From a virus (Duplodnaviria; Heunggongvirae; Uroviricota; Caudoviricetes): a stretch of 47,812 nucleotides of DNA. Of this stretch, positions 31,433-40,603 are shown one piece after another; the first letter of the stretch is position 1; each line of letters opens with the position of its first letter. Where the stretch lies: IMG/VR virus record IMGVR_UViG_649989947_000010, positions 1 to 47,812 of that record; one strand, given 5' to 3'. The notes under the pieces are model-generated. The model did no database searches, was not told the DNA's origin, and saw only the letters and a list, made by a program, of their open reading frames with translations. A program made the position numbers and the translations under genes.

Positions 31433-31664
31433 ACAGAACGAAAAAGCTATCGCTCAAATTGCTGATTATATCCCGCGTGCGTGCCGGGGTATGCAGTTGC
31501 AGGAAGCCAAAGCGCGCCTGGAGAAAAAAATTGCGCTCTATATTGATGACGGCTGTGATGCCGCCGTTCTTAACGAGGCGTTCGCACCAGCTCTTAACAG
31601 TCATACTCGGGAGTCCTTTCTTTCGTGCATCGCAGCGCAACTCCACCAAGGAGGCATCCAGTGA
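31425..31664 (+). CDS. Small hypothetical protein
   Basis: ORF with GTGA overlap to next gene. Confidence 0.3.
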   Translation: MFKQNEKAIAQIADYIPRACRGMQLQEAKARLEKKIALYIDDGCDAAVLNEAFAPALNSHTRESFLSCIAAQLHQGGIQ

Positions 31665-32305
31665 GTAACCGTTTTTACATGATGTGCTTGCGTGAAACTG
31701 TGGGTAATAACGCCTCATTCCATTGCCATAACGGCAATGGTTACAGTTCTGATATCGATCGCGCTCATGTTTACACGCTGGAAGAAGCCCAAAAAGCCTG
31801 GAATTGTGGGCGAGATATCGATCAGCCTGTTTGTGCCGATAGTGTGGATGCAATTGCTGTGTGGCACGTTGATTGCCAGTACATCCCTACAGAAAGCCTG
31901 ATTGAGTCAGATTGCACTGCGTATGTGGCCTACAAAAAAGGTAGCTGGAACGGCAACGATGTTTACTGGCTTCAACACGGTGGATTGCCAACAGATGATT
32001 TCAGTAAAGCGACCATCTTTAGCGTCGCCAACAAAAACGAACCAGGAATAGTTTGGTTGCCATTTCCCATTGCTGATGCAGCAAAGCGCCGGACGTTCAA
32101 TATCAATAACTTTAACCGCAGAACAATGGTTCAGGGCGCAGGTTTGGTCATGCCTGACTGGTTGAAAGAGCAGAACAGAAGAAAGAAGTCGCGAAGCGGG
32201 AAGGTGCGTTGGAATTGTCCGCATTGCGGAAAAATCACCTGGCAGTACAGCCCATATGATTTTGAAGGCTGTAGTGATTACAACTGTGAAGGATGGCGAG
32301 AATGA
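31661..32305 (+). CDS. Cys-rich hypothetical protein
   Basis: GTG start at 31661 with RBS AAGGAGG; C-terminal CPHCG...C..C cluster. Confidence 0.4.
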   Translation: MSNRFYMMCLRETVGNNASFHCHNGNGYSSDIDRAHVYTLEEAQKAWNCGRDIDQPVCADSVDAIAVWHVDCQYIPTESLIESDCTAYVAYKKGSWNGNDVYWLQHGGLPTDDFSKATIFSVANKNEPGIVWLPFPIADAAKRRTFNINNFNRRTMVQGAGLVMPDWLKEQNRRKKSRSGKVRWNCPHCGKITWQYSPYDFEGCSDYNCEGWRE

Positions 32306-32985
32306 CAATTGACTATCAGGTACTGCGCGAGGCGGCGGAACAGGCAACGCAAGATGAATGGGTAGCATATATTTTGCCGGGGCAAAACGGCACTTATCCT
32401 GCGCATACGTCTGAGGGTAGGCATTGCGGATACTTTATTGACTGGCCTGGCATTGATGGACAGAGAAACGCTGGTGCCAATGCCCGTTATATCGCGGCTA
32501 TCCCACCCAAAGTTGTGCTGGCTCTACTGGATGAAATTAAGCGCCTGGAGGACACAAATATTGATGCTATGTGTCGAATTGCAGAGCTTGAGACTAATCT
32601 CGCGGCGCTGGTGGCGGAGAATGTGGGGCTAAAGGCGATATGTGATGACCGTCGCAGGTTCATCATGAATGGGGTGCAGATGGGTTATATCAAGGTGCCA
32701 GCAGCGGAAACAGATCCAGACCTTGAGACAATTCGCATTGCTATATCACCACAAAAGCCCATTCCAGCCACTGATGCTTTCCTGTCTGAAGTGCGGGCGC
32801 AGGGGGTGGATGCTGCTATAGAAGCTGCAAAAAATCTGGTGGTCCAAGAATATGAGTATAAGGATTTCAAAGCGGCGCAGAGTGATTGCTGTATGCACCC
32901 TGGTTCAGACCTGGTAGGGAAGGTTGAAATGACTGAGTGGTTAGTTGACTTTGCTGCCCAGCTTCGCAAAGGAGGCAACCAGTGA
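32293..32985 (+). CDS. Ea22-like early protein, paralog 1
   Basis: N-terminus DYQVLREAAEQATQDEW shared with next gene (DHQALREAAEQAMHDDW). Confidence 0.45.
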   Translation: MARMTIDYQVLREAAEQATQDEWVAYILPGQNGTYPAHTSEGRHCGYFIDWPGIDGQRNAGANARYIAAIPPKVVLALLDEIKRLEDTNIDAMCRIAELETNLAALVAENVGLKAICDDRRRFIMNGVQMGYIKVPAAETDPDLETIRIAISPQKPIPATDAFLSEVRAQGVDAAIEAAKNLVVQEYEYKDFKAAQSDCCMHPGSDLVGKVEMTEWLVDFAAQLRKGGNQ

Positions 32986-33557
32986 GCAAAATTGACCATC
33001 AGGCACTGCGTGAGGCGGCAGAGCAGGCAATGCATGACGACTGGGGATTTGACGCGGACCTTTTCCATGAGCTGGTAACACCATCGATTGTGCTGGAACT
33101 GCTGGATGAACAGGAAAGAAACCAGCAATACATCAAACGTCGCGACCAGGAGAACGAGGATATTGCGCTAACGGTAGGGAAACTGTTAATCGAAAACGGT
33201 CAGCTTGTTGCCGATACGCTACGCCACTTAGCTGATAACGAAATCGACTCTGATTATTTTGCTATCACCTCAACGAATGAGAACGGTACTGAAATTGATC
33301 ATGAGATGGCTATTACCGATTACGCACTGCAAGCTGCCGGAACTGTAGACGAATTGGTTGCAGCGCTGGAATCCGCAGAGAAGCGCATAGCAGAACTGTC
33401 TGCTAGCCACAGCAAATTGCGCGACACAATGGCTGGCATCCACAACACAATCCGAATGGATGGCGGATATACGCCACTGACAGCAATCCTTAACGCTGCT
33501 AAACGCGCATATGAAGAATCAGCAAGCGCAGCTGGCATTCGCATCAAAGGAGAGTGA
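32982..33557 (+). CDS. Ea22-like early protein, paralog 2
   Basis: Shared N-terminal motif; coiled-coil middle. Confidence 0.45.
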   Translation: MSKIDHQALREAAEQAMHDDWGFDADLFHELVTPSIVLELLDEQERNQQYIKRRDQENEDIALTVGKLLIENGQLVADTLRHLADNEIDSDYFAITSTNENGTEIDHEMAITDYALQAAGTVDELVAALESAEKRIAELSASHSKLRDTMAGIHNTIRMDGGYTPLTAILNAAKRAYEESASAAGIRIKGE

Positions 33558-33558
33558 T

Positions 33559-34074
33559 ATGGCGTTAACACACCGCGAACTCTGTCAGATTGCGTACAAG
33601 TTCCTTAAGCGCAACGGGTTCAAGGTTTGTTTTCATGACCGCTTTATAGCTGTAACCAGTACCGGAGAACAGCCAGATGCTATGGGATTCAGAAATTCAG
33701 CATCATGCCTGATAGAGGCGAAATGTTCTCGTGCTGACTTGTTGGCAGATAGAAAAAAGCGTTTTCGTAAAAATCCGTCTCTTGGAATGGGAGACTGGCG
33801 ATTCTTTATTAGTGAGCCGGGAATTATTTCAATTGAGGATTTACCACCTGGCTGGGGATTACTTCACGTTGTTAACGGAAGAGTACGGAAAGTACATGGG
33901 TGGCCCAAGGGTAATTGCTGTTGGGGTAATCCTGACGATAAGCCATTTACTGGAAATAAGCAGGTTGAATGCGATTACATGTTATCTGCATTAAGGCGCA
34001 TGGAGTTGAGAGGGCACCTTAATGAAATATATGACGGTGTAATTGTTAATAAGAAAGAAGGAAACGCGGCATGA
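33559..34074 (+). CDS. Putative PD-(D/E)xK-fold nuclease
   Basis: QPDAMGF ... CLIEAKCSRADL gives PD...(E)AK arrangement; RBS AAGGAGAG. Confidence 0.35.
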   Translation: MALTHRELCQIAYKFLKRNGFKVCFHDRFIAVTSTGEQPDAMGFRNSASCLIEAKCSRADLLADRKKRFRKNPSLGMGDWRFFISEPGIISIEDLPPGWGLLHVVNGRVRKVHGWPKGNCCWGNPDDKPFTGNKQVECDYMLSALRRMELRGHLNEIYDGVIVNKKEGNAA

Positions 34075-34478
34075 ACACTTTCACCGACAAAGAATTGATT
34101 AAAGAAATCAAAGAACGTATAGGCAGCCTGGACGTGCGAGACAATATTGAGCGCCGTGCTTATGAAATAGCGTTAGCCTCGCTGGAAGCTGAACCGGTGG
34201 CATGGCAGGTCACAATCACAAAAGACGGCCTGGACTCAGCCTCTATTATTTACCGTGACTGTGCAGAGAAAGATACATGGGTTCGGATACATGAGACACT
34301 TGGTTCTGTCGTACATGTCACCCCGCTTTACATGGCGTCGCCAGTGCCTGTAGTGCCGGAAGAAAAAACAATGCCTAATCCTCTTAGCATGTACGCGGTT
34401 GATGCTGTTGCCGCTATTGCAGAGGTAAGAGGCTGGAATGCCTGCCGCGCGGCTATGCTTCATGGGAAAGGAAAGTGA
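34071..34478 (+). CDS. Hypothetical protein sharing N-terminal module with 34911 gene
   Basis: YEIALASLEAEPVAW vs YKIALASLEAEPVAY in the 423-aa protein. Confidence 0.4.
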   Translation: MNTFTDKELIKEIKERIGSLDVRDNIERRAYEIALASLEAEPVAWQVTITKDGLDSASIIYRDCAEKDTWVRIHETLGSVVHVTPLYMASPVPVVPEEKTMPNPLSMYAVDAVAAIAEVRGWNACRAAMLHGKGK

Positions 34479-34479
34479 T

Positions 34480-34701
34480 ATGGCTAACTCATTACTTGAA
34501 ACCTGCAACAACTGGCAGATTCAGAGGGCGGAGATTTTATCTCGCAATCCAGATATGGCAATGACAATTGATAATCTGGACACGCTAATTGAACGGACCG
34601 TGCGTTCTGCAATTGATATAGCACATCGAGTGGATTGGGATTTCAGAGAAGCGGAGCGGCTTGCTAAAGAGCAGGAGAAAGCAGCGGGTAAAGGAGACTG
34701 A
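34480..34701 (+). CDS. Small hypothetical protein
   Basis: ATG at 34480 overlapping upstream stop. Confidence 0.3.
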   Translation: MANSLLETCNNWQIQRAEILSRNPDMAMTIDNLDTLIERTVRSAIDIAHRVDWDFREAERLAKEQEKAAGKGD

Positions 34702-34702
34702 T

Positions 34703-34900
34703 ATGGATAAAAACACCACTGCTTACTGGAATCTGTCACTTGATACCGAATGCCCAAAATGCGGTCACAATTTCGATCTGCTTTGTGATCCAGATTTCTG
34801 GGAATTTTCTGGAGCAAAACAGGCATGTGAAGAAATAAAAGGTTACGAAACATGCTGTCCAGAATGTAACCATGAATTTAAAACAGATTTTGTGTATTGA
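34703..34900 (+). CDS. Small zinc-ribbon protein
   Basis: CPKCGH ... CCPECNH. Confidence 0.35.
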   Translation: MDKNTTAYWNLSLDTECPKCGHNFDLLCDPDFWEFSGAKQACEEIKGYETCCPECNHEFKTDFVY

Positions 34901-34910
34901 GGCATAACGA

Positions 34911-36182
34911 ATGACCACTTTTACTAAAGAACAATTAATAGAGATGATTAAGCGCAATATAACGATTATGGATCGTTATCCTGATTTAGTAACTGCACAA
35001 ATGGATCTGGAAGTATACAAAATTGCGCTGGCATCACTGGAAGCAGAACCAGTTGCTTATATTTTCAAACATCCGGCCGGGAAATTATTCTGGGCTTTAA
35101 CGGATGAAAGCAATAAAGAGCAAGCGGACGTTATTCCTGTTTATGCTGCCGCGCCTGCGTCGGTTGTGCCGGATAATGCATCAGAGCCTCTTGCTTATGC
35201 TTACAAAGAGCTTACGCCTGAGATTATGCGCAACCATTTAGCTGTATTCGAGCGATATGGAATAGCCCCAAACGATAGCTCTACCACAATTCAGGCACTG
35301 CGAATCGCGCTGGATGGTATAGAGCGGAGCGACGCCATGCTTCAGTCCGGAAACTTTCGGGAAAACAAGAATTCGTCAACCAATAATTTTCGGGAAATCG
35401 CGGAAACGTCAACCAACTATCCGGTAATTCCTAGTGAGGTGTTGTCCGCAATCCTGAAGGTTGCCAAGATTCGTGCCGATTTCGATGATTTTGACGGTGA
35501 CAGGCGAGGTATCGATGATTGTCTGGATGAGGCTGAGCAAGAGCTTATCGTTACCATTAACAAATATGCCAGTCAGTTGGCAGCAGAACCGATAGCGACT
35601 AATGACGTTCGAGAGCAAACAGCCGTTCCGCCAGTTCCGGTAATACAGGCTGATGTCGCGCAGGCAATTGAAAAACTCAAACGGAAATTAGTGGAATGCA
35701 ATCGCTATAACTACTGCGCAGATGCAGTTAAAGGCGTTGAGGATGCCTGCCGTGCTGTTAGCTATAGCCATGCCGACAATCAACCAGCATCTGGCAACCA
35801 GGCAGCCGAATCCAATCGCGGTAATGAGTGGACCGGCAATCCTGATATTGATAACGCCATCATCATGCTCGATCGCATAGATACGCTGGAAAGTTGCGAT
35901 GATGACCGTATTGAGGCTGTTAAGGCTGTTTTGCGTAGACTAGCTGGCAACTCTCCGGTAACTCCGGATGGTTGGATAAGCTGTAGTGAGCGAATGCCGG
36001 ATACCAAAACAGCCGTTCTTGTTGCCGTGGAGTTTGACAGGAAAGGTGACTGGCGAATGAAATGGGCTACTTACATCCCGGGGCATCCTGACGCTAATGA
36101 TGGGTGGATAATTCCTGGTGCGTCGTGGAAACCGTCACACTGGATGCCGCTACCAGAACCGCCGCAGGAGGTGAATCAATGA
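34911..36182 (+). CDS. Hypothetical protein (423 aa) with Ea22-like N-terminal module
   Basis: Shared N-terminal motif with 34071 gene; no recognised catalytic motif. Confidence 0.45.
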   Translation: MTTFTKEQLIEMIKRNITIMDRYPDLVTAQMDLEVYKIALASLEAEPVAYIFKHPAGKLFWALTDESNKEQADVIPVYAAAPASVVPDNASEPLAYAYKELTPEIMRNHLAVFERYGIAPNDSSTTIQALRIALDGIERSDAMLQSGNFRENKNSSTNNFREIAETSTNYPVIPSEVLSAILKVAKIRADFDDFDGDRRGIDDCLDEAEQELIVTINKYASQLAAEPIATNDVREQTAVPPVPVIQADVAQAIEKLKRKLVECNRYNYCADAVKGVEDACRAVSYSHADNQPASGNQAAESNRGNEWTGNPDIDNAIIMLDRIDTLESCDDDRIEAVKAVLRRLAGNSPVTPDGWISCSERMPDTKTAVLVAVEFDRKGDWRMKWATYIPGHPDANDGWIIPGASWKPSHWMPLPEPPQEVNQ

Positions 36183-36262
36183 GCTGGCCTGAAGCATTCA
36201 CCACGGTAGGAATTGTGATGGCGGCAGCACTGGGTTTGTATTCAATTTGTCGCTGGTGGTAA
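36179..36262 (+). CDS. 27-aa hydrophobic peptide, translationally coupled (ATGA overlap)
   Basis: MSWPEAFTTVGIVMAAALGLYSICRWW; RBS GGAGGTG; not in ORF track. Confidence 0.4.
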   Translation: MSWPEAFTTVGIVMAAALGLYSICRWW

Positions 36263-36264
36263 CG

Positions 36265-36498
36265 ATGGGAAAAATAACTTTTGTAGTCGAATTTGAGGAT
36301 GGTAAAGAGCCACCTGTTAGCGCCAATCTTGATGTTGCTGGTGGCAGGCTTGTTTCGGTTCTATTTGGTGACTACCGAGATGATTTCTTCCAACCAGAAG
36401 AAGTTGATGTGGTGCGAGAGGCATTAAACGAGTTAAGTGTTGATAACGATGATGCTCATGCGGAAATCATCCAAAAAATGGAGCTGCTAACTCACTAA
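36265..36498 (+). CDS. Small acidic hypothetical protein
   Basis: ORF 36247..36498 trimmed to internal ATG. Confidence 0.3.
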   Translation: MGKITFVVEFEDGKEPPVSANLDVAGGRLVSVLFGDYRDDFFQPEEVDVVREALNELSVDNDDAHAEIIQKMELLTH

Positions 36499-36546
36499 AT
36501 TATCAATTATGGTGCTATCACCTACGACACCGAGAGAAAATTTATA

Positions 36547-36669
36547 ATGTCAAAAGTAAATGTTTTGATTTTTTCAGCAATTGTTGGCTTTGGTTTTACT
36601 GCCGGAGTGCAGATTTATATTACGTGGGAAAAAATCATCAACTACGCATGGAGTTGTTTTATTAAGTGA
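36547..36669 (+). CDS. 40-aa hydrophobic peptide
   Basis: MSKVNVLIFSAIVGFGFTAGVQIYITWEKIINYAWSCFIK; weak RBS. Confidence 0.3.
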   Translation: MSKVNVLIFSAIVGFGFTAGVQIYITWEKIINYAWSCFIK

Positions 36670-36676
36670 GGTAAGT

Positions 36677-36970
36677 ATGTGGAGAGGTAATAGTCATGGC
36701 AAAAGCCAGATGATACTTACCGAATATCAGCTCGACCACAAAACCAATAAATCACGTTCAGTATATTTGCTTCGCCACAATAGCCGCGTAAGGAATACCG
36801 TACTGGAGCAAAATCTGACCGTTGAAATGGATAATTACGGGGGCTTCAAGCCAACAATATCGCTTGATGATTTTCCTCGTGGTTTAAGCGAAAGAGAAGC
36901 AATGCTGAAATTAGCAGAATGGCTACAAAGATTAAGCATTGCTATTGAAGATAACTGGTCTGAACCTTAA
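36677..36970 (+). CDS. Small hypothetical protein
   Basis: ATG at 36677 with RBS GAGGTAAG. Confidence 0.35.
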   Translation: MWRGNSHGKSQMILTEYQLDHKTNKSRSVYLLRHNSRVRNTVLEQNLTVEMDNYGGFKPTISLDDFPRGLSEREAMLKLAEWLQRLSIAIEDNWSEP

Positions 36971-36976
36971 ATTAAT

Positions 36977-37351
36977 ATGATGACACTAAAACATTTTCTT
37001 GACCGCCCATTATGGGCGGCAGCCGCAGGCTATGACTTTAATTATATGGATTGCATGTCTTATACTGCCAATGCATACGACCATTCGTTCAGCCTGCTGT
37101 TTAATTCTTTAAGAATATTGCCGGAAACAGAAGTTGGAGAGCTTCATTTATGGATATTGGGCTTTATCGCGGCTGTCGTTGGTATTGCTGTATGGCCTTT
37201 TATTTTCTGGCTGGTGGCTGTTGTAGTGTGGTTTAAGTGCAAGACATACCGGAGAAAGTATTTCTTAGGTGATGGAATGACTGATATTGCCAAAATGAAC
37301 ATTGAAAAATGGACTAAGGAATGTGAAAAGAAATGGCGCAAAAAGAAATGA
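36977..37351 (+). CDS. Membrane protein (124 aa)
   Basis: Hydrophobic stretch LWILGFIAAVVGIAVWPFIFWLVAVVVWF, basic C-terminus. Confidence 0.4.
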   Translation: MMTLKHFLDRPLWAAAAGYDFNYMDCMSYTANAYDHSFSLLFNSLRILPETEVGELHLWILGFIAAVVGIAVWPFIFWLVAVVVWFKCKTYRRKYFLGDGMTDIAKMNIEKWTKECEKKWRKKK

Positions 37352-38271
37352 CCAGAATCACTGAAGAGCGTATATCAGAGATTATTTCCCGTATCGAAAT
37401 GTATGGTCACGGTGCTGGATATACGGCAGATGAAGTATTGGCACTTGCCCAAATGGCTTTGGCGGCTTGCAAAGATGATAAAAAAATGAAGCTTATCGAC
37501 TTGTTAGTGAAGGAGCTGCCTAAGTGCGGCGGGTGGCCTGATGGAATGAGTTATTGTTACCTACCCAGTGTCAATTTAATGGCACCATGCGCGACTTTTG
37601 CTTTTGGCTCAGACCACAAAAAAGACACTTTCTTTGGGCGCAATTTTTGTTGTGAGATTGAGCTTCCAATTGGTGACCTTGATAGCGATGAATACCAGTC
37701 AGTTGTCACTCGCGAACAATACGAATCAGCTCTCATAGCGTCGCAGAAAGTCGAGTTCAATGGTGATGAACCTGAAAGTAAGACTTACAGGTTGGATTTT
37801 GGGCAATGGCTGGAACAGCAACGCGGAAAGATCGATGTGGACTGTGGTTGTGTGTCCACTGAAACATTCATGCACTGGCTGCGGGTAGCTTACGAGGCTG
37901 GCAACTATCCGGATATTCCGGATAGTTCGGTGTCAGCGCCAGGAAAGGGCGTCACCGGTGGACGTATCCGCATTAAGCCGCATGTTTATCGCGAACTGGT
38001 TAACCGTCTCCACGATACAGCGATCAAGTGTGCTGGCACCCAGCAATTACGAGAAAGAATTAGCCGTGTTTTGGGCGACGTTATTACGCCAGATCATCAT
38101 AAACAAGCCGAGAAAAGTGGCTTGGAAAGGTGTCACCTTGAGGCGGCATTAAACATTAAGCCGGGGCATACGCTTGGCATTATTGATGCACTATTGGTTC
38201 ATAAGATGGCCAGGGCTTTATTGCCGCTGGTGGCTGAAAAGCATGAGGCGGACCATGCCAACGAAAGCTGA
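37333..38271 (+). CDS. Hypothetical protein (312 aa)
   Basis: ORF in operon; no recognised domain. Confidence 0.4.
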   Translation: MAQKEMTRITEERISEIISRIEMYGHGAGYTADEVLALAQMALAACKDDKKMKLIDLLVKELPKCGGWPDGMSYCYLPSVNLMAPCATFAFGSDHKKDTFFGRNFCCEIELPIGDLDSDEYQSVVTREQYESALIASQKVEFNGDEPESKTYRLDFGQWLEQQRGKIDVDCGCVSTETFMHWLRVAYEAGNYPDIPDSSVSAPGKGVTGGRIRIKPHVYRELVNRLHDTAIKCAGTQQLRERISRVLGDVITPDHHKQAEKSGLERCHLEAALNIKPGHTLGIIDALLVHKMARALLPLVAEKHEADHANES

Positions 38272-38539
38272 GTTACAGGCGCGCATAGAGATTCTTGAAA
38301 AAGAGAATGCGAGTCTAAAAGGAATGCTGGCGCGGGCGGAAAGGGAATTATCAGGCAAATTATTGCCAGAAGAGCTGCCACCAGCAGATATACCTGATCG
38401 AGTGTCCTGGTGGATGAAGTATTTCCGTGCACCGTGGGAGGCGTTTTGGTGCTACGACCATCGCAGATGGTGTGATGAGCTTGATAGCAGTTTCCCCTAT
38501 TTTGCGGAAGGGAACTCTTGCCCTGAATGTAGGAGTTAA
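38255..38539 (+). CDS. Small protein with C-terminal W-x-DELD-x-SFPYF ... CPxC module, paralog 1
   Basis: RWCDELDSSFPYFAEGNSCPECRS; paralog of next gene. Confidence 0.4.
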   Translation: MPTKAELQARIEILEKENASLKGMLARAERELSGKLLPEELPPADIPDRVSWWMKYFRAPWEAFWCYDHRRWCDELDSSFPYFAEGNSCPECRS

Positions 38540-38844
38540 TGATGACCGGCGAGCTTTATTTTAAAATGGCACGGGAGCGGCGTGTGCATCTGGATCGGAT
38601 ATTTCATCTCCAGAAGAGAGTAGAAGAACTGGAACGTCGTCTGAACTGTTATCCTGTTGATATGGTGTCTGCAATACCGCCGATTCCAATAGAAATGCAG
38701 ATCCGCCTATGGATGGAAGAATATGGAATGCCGTGGGAGATATTTTTCTGCTTCGACCATAAACAGTGGGTAGATGAGCTGGATAATAGTTTCCCATATT
38801 TCACAGAGAACACATGCCCAGTATGCAGGAAGAACGGAATATGA
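38539..38844 (+). CDS. Small protein with C-terminal W-x-DELD-x-SFPYF ... CPxC module, paralog 2
   Basis: QWVDELDNSFPYFTENTCPVCRK; TAATG overlap with paralog 1. Confidence 0.4.
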   Translation: MMTGELYFKMARERRVHLDRIFHLQKRVEELERRLNCYPVDMVSAIPPIPIEMQIRLWMEEYGMPWEIFFCFDHKQWVDELDNSFPYFTENTCPVCRKNGI

Positions 38845-39365
38845 CAAAATTTGGAAAGCTGGAAGCTCATTTGCTAACTCGTAACTACCGCCATGATATA
38901 CACCCATATAGACAGTGGATCGATGAAAGCGAAGGAGTAGTTACATTCCCTCTATACAGGTTTGATGGGATGTTGGCTGGGTATCAGACATATAGACCAG
39001 GTGCTCATAAGCAGCATAGCAATCCGAAGATGGCCCGGTATTTCACGCGATCACACGGCAGACAGTTACTTTGGGGAACCTATCTTCCTTTAAAAGATGG
39101 CCCAATATGGATAACTGAGTCTATTTTTAAGAGCGCAGCTGTACACAACGCGGGCGGCAATTCGTGGGCGCTGTTAGGTTCGACTTTCTCCGCAGGATTA
39201 CGCCGTCAACTTGCGATGCTGCCGTATGACTTTCGTGTAATAGGTGACAATGATGCGGCTGGTGAATTACTTGTGAAGTCTTTCGGAAAAGGTTTTGTGG
39301 CCCCGGATCTTGACGAGCTACAACCACATGAAGTGTCTCATTTGATTTTTAGCCATAGCCAATAA
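38841..39365 (+). CDS. Small Toprim-domain protein
   Basis: IWITESIFKSAAV (conserved Glu) and VIGDNDAAG (DxD) in Toprim order; ATGA overlap with upstream gene. Confidence 0.4.
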   Translation: MTKFGKLEAHLLTRNYRHDIHPYRQWIDESEGVVTFPLYRFDGMLAGYQTYRPGAHKQHSNPKMARYFTRSHGRQLLWGTYLPLKDGPIWITESIFKSAAVHNAGGNSWALLGSTFSAGLRRQLAMLPYDFRVIGDNDAAGELLVKSFGKGFVAPDLDELQPHEVSHLIFSHSQ

Positions 39366-39487
39366 GCATCTCTCCCCTTTGAGGCCACAACTAGTGGCCT
39401 TAAACAATTTGTTTTCTACGTTTTCTTATTTGAGAAAATCACGTTGTTGGCAGCTCATAGGCTCGTTGTTATACATGGCTGTATAGA

Positions 39488-39844
39488 TTATGAGCGTAAA
39501 TTATTAGCGGATTTTAAGCCATATTCACCGTTGTAGAAATTACTCATGTTCCATTCATTGGGAAGCTCTTTTCTGTCCAATGTATAGTGGCGCACGATAT
39601 AACGATCTTCATCTTCTTCGATGGACAGGCGGACATAGCCAATGTGAATTACCGATACGGGCGGCGTCCGTATTGCATAGATATCGCGGAGATATACCGG
39701 TAGCTCGACAAATGCATCAGGTGCATCTGTGATGCTCATTTTTTCACAGTATTCATATAACGCATCGTTGATATCGTTAAGAGATTCATGATCGTATATT
39801 TCCAGGTAATTACCGCGATCGCGATGGTACTCGATTTTAGCCAT
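39488..39844 (-). CDS. Hypothetical protein (118 aa)
   Basis: Second gene of short leftward operon divergent from humD. Confidence 0.4.
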   Translation of the reverse strand: MAKIEYHRDRGNYLEIYDHESLNDINDALYEYCEKMSITDAPDAFVELPVYLRDIYAIRTPPVSVIHIGYVRLSIEEDEDRYIVRHYTLDRKELPNEWNMSNFYNGEYGLKSANNLRS

Positions 39845-40429
39845 TCAAAATCCTCTGTTATCGTTTTGCATTTCTCTAATCCGGTTCAGAACTACTTCGT
39901 GCTGGGCTTGGATAGCGGCTTTTTCGTTTTCAAGCCGGGCAATAGACATCTCTAATTCTTTGCTGTACCAGGCGAGCTGGGCCATGTTCATCCGGTTGTG
40001 GTCGAGAGTTGGAGACACTTCGACGCGCTCCCTTTCTTCCTGCTTTAATGAGAAGAGATTCATCTCATCCCTTGAGGAAAATTCAGCAACAATTTCTTGT
40101 TGATGATCCGGTCGCTGCGGCATCCTCGCCAGTATAAATGGCGGTTCTTTTGAAAACATGAATGTCGGCTGTGACCGTGTTTTCACCCATCTAGCCTGCT
40201 GTCTTTCGGCAAGTTCACAGGCTTCATCATAGTTATTTGCCAAACCAAGCACGGATGGACGGTCCCACGCGCCACCATTCAGACAATAAACAACAATTTT
40301 CCCGTCATGTTCTGTAACCCCATAGGGATGGTCCCACCAGGCGTCCAGCTGAGCTTTAGAGCGTTTCTCGTTAGGAGTGCAGTCAAAATTTTTGGGCAAT
40401 ACAGGATCGAGAGGAATGCGATTAGGCAT
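39845..40429 (-). CDS. Hypothetical protein (194 aa)
   Basis: First gene of leftward operon. Confidence 0.4.
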   Translation of the reverse strand: MPNRIPLDPVLPKNFDCTPNEKRSKAQLDAWWDHPYGVTEHDGKIVVYCLNGGAWDRPSVLGLANNYDEACELAERQQARWVKTRSQPTFMFSKEPPFILARMPQRPDHQQEIVAEFSSRDEMNLFSLKQEERERVEVSPTLDHNRMNMAQLAWYSKELEMSIARLENEKAAIQAQHEVVLNRIREMQNDNRGF

Positions 40430-40566
40430 AGCTAATTCCTTATTAACTGATTGGCAACGAGGTTACGCTGATCCGTTGGTGATGAATAGTAGCAAAGAGC
40501 ACAAAATCATCAGCGGTGGTTGATGTACGTAACGCGTTTGCACCAAAGGTGTCTCTTTAATGTATA

Positions 40567-40582
40567 CTGTATAAATGAACAG
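40567..40582 (+). promoter_or_regulatory. LexA (SOS) box CTGTATAAATGAACAG upstream of humD
   Basis: Perfect CTGT-N8-ACAG palindrome about 20 nt upstream of humD start. Confidence 0.8.
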
Positions 40583-40603
40583 TATTATTGAGGTGAAAAC
40601 GCT

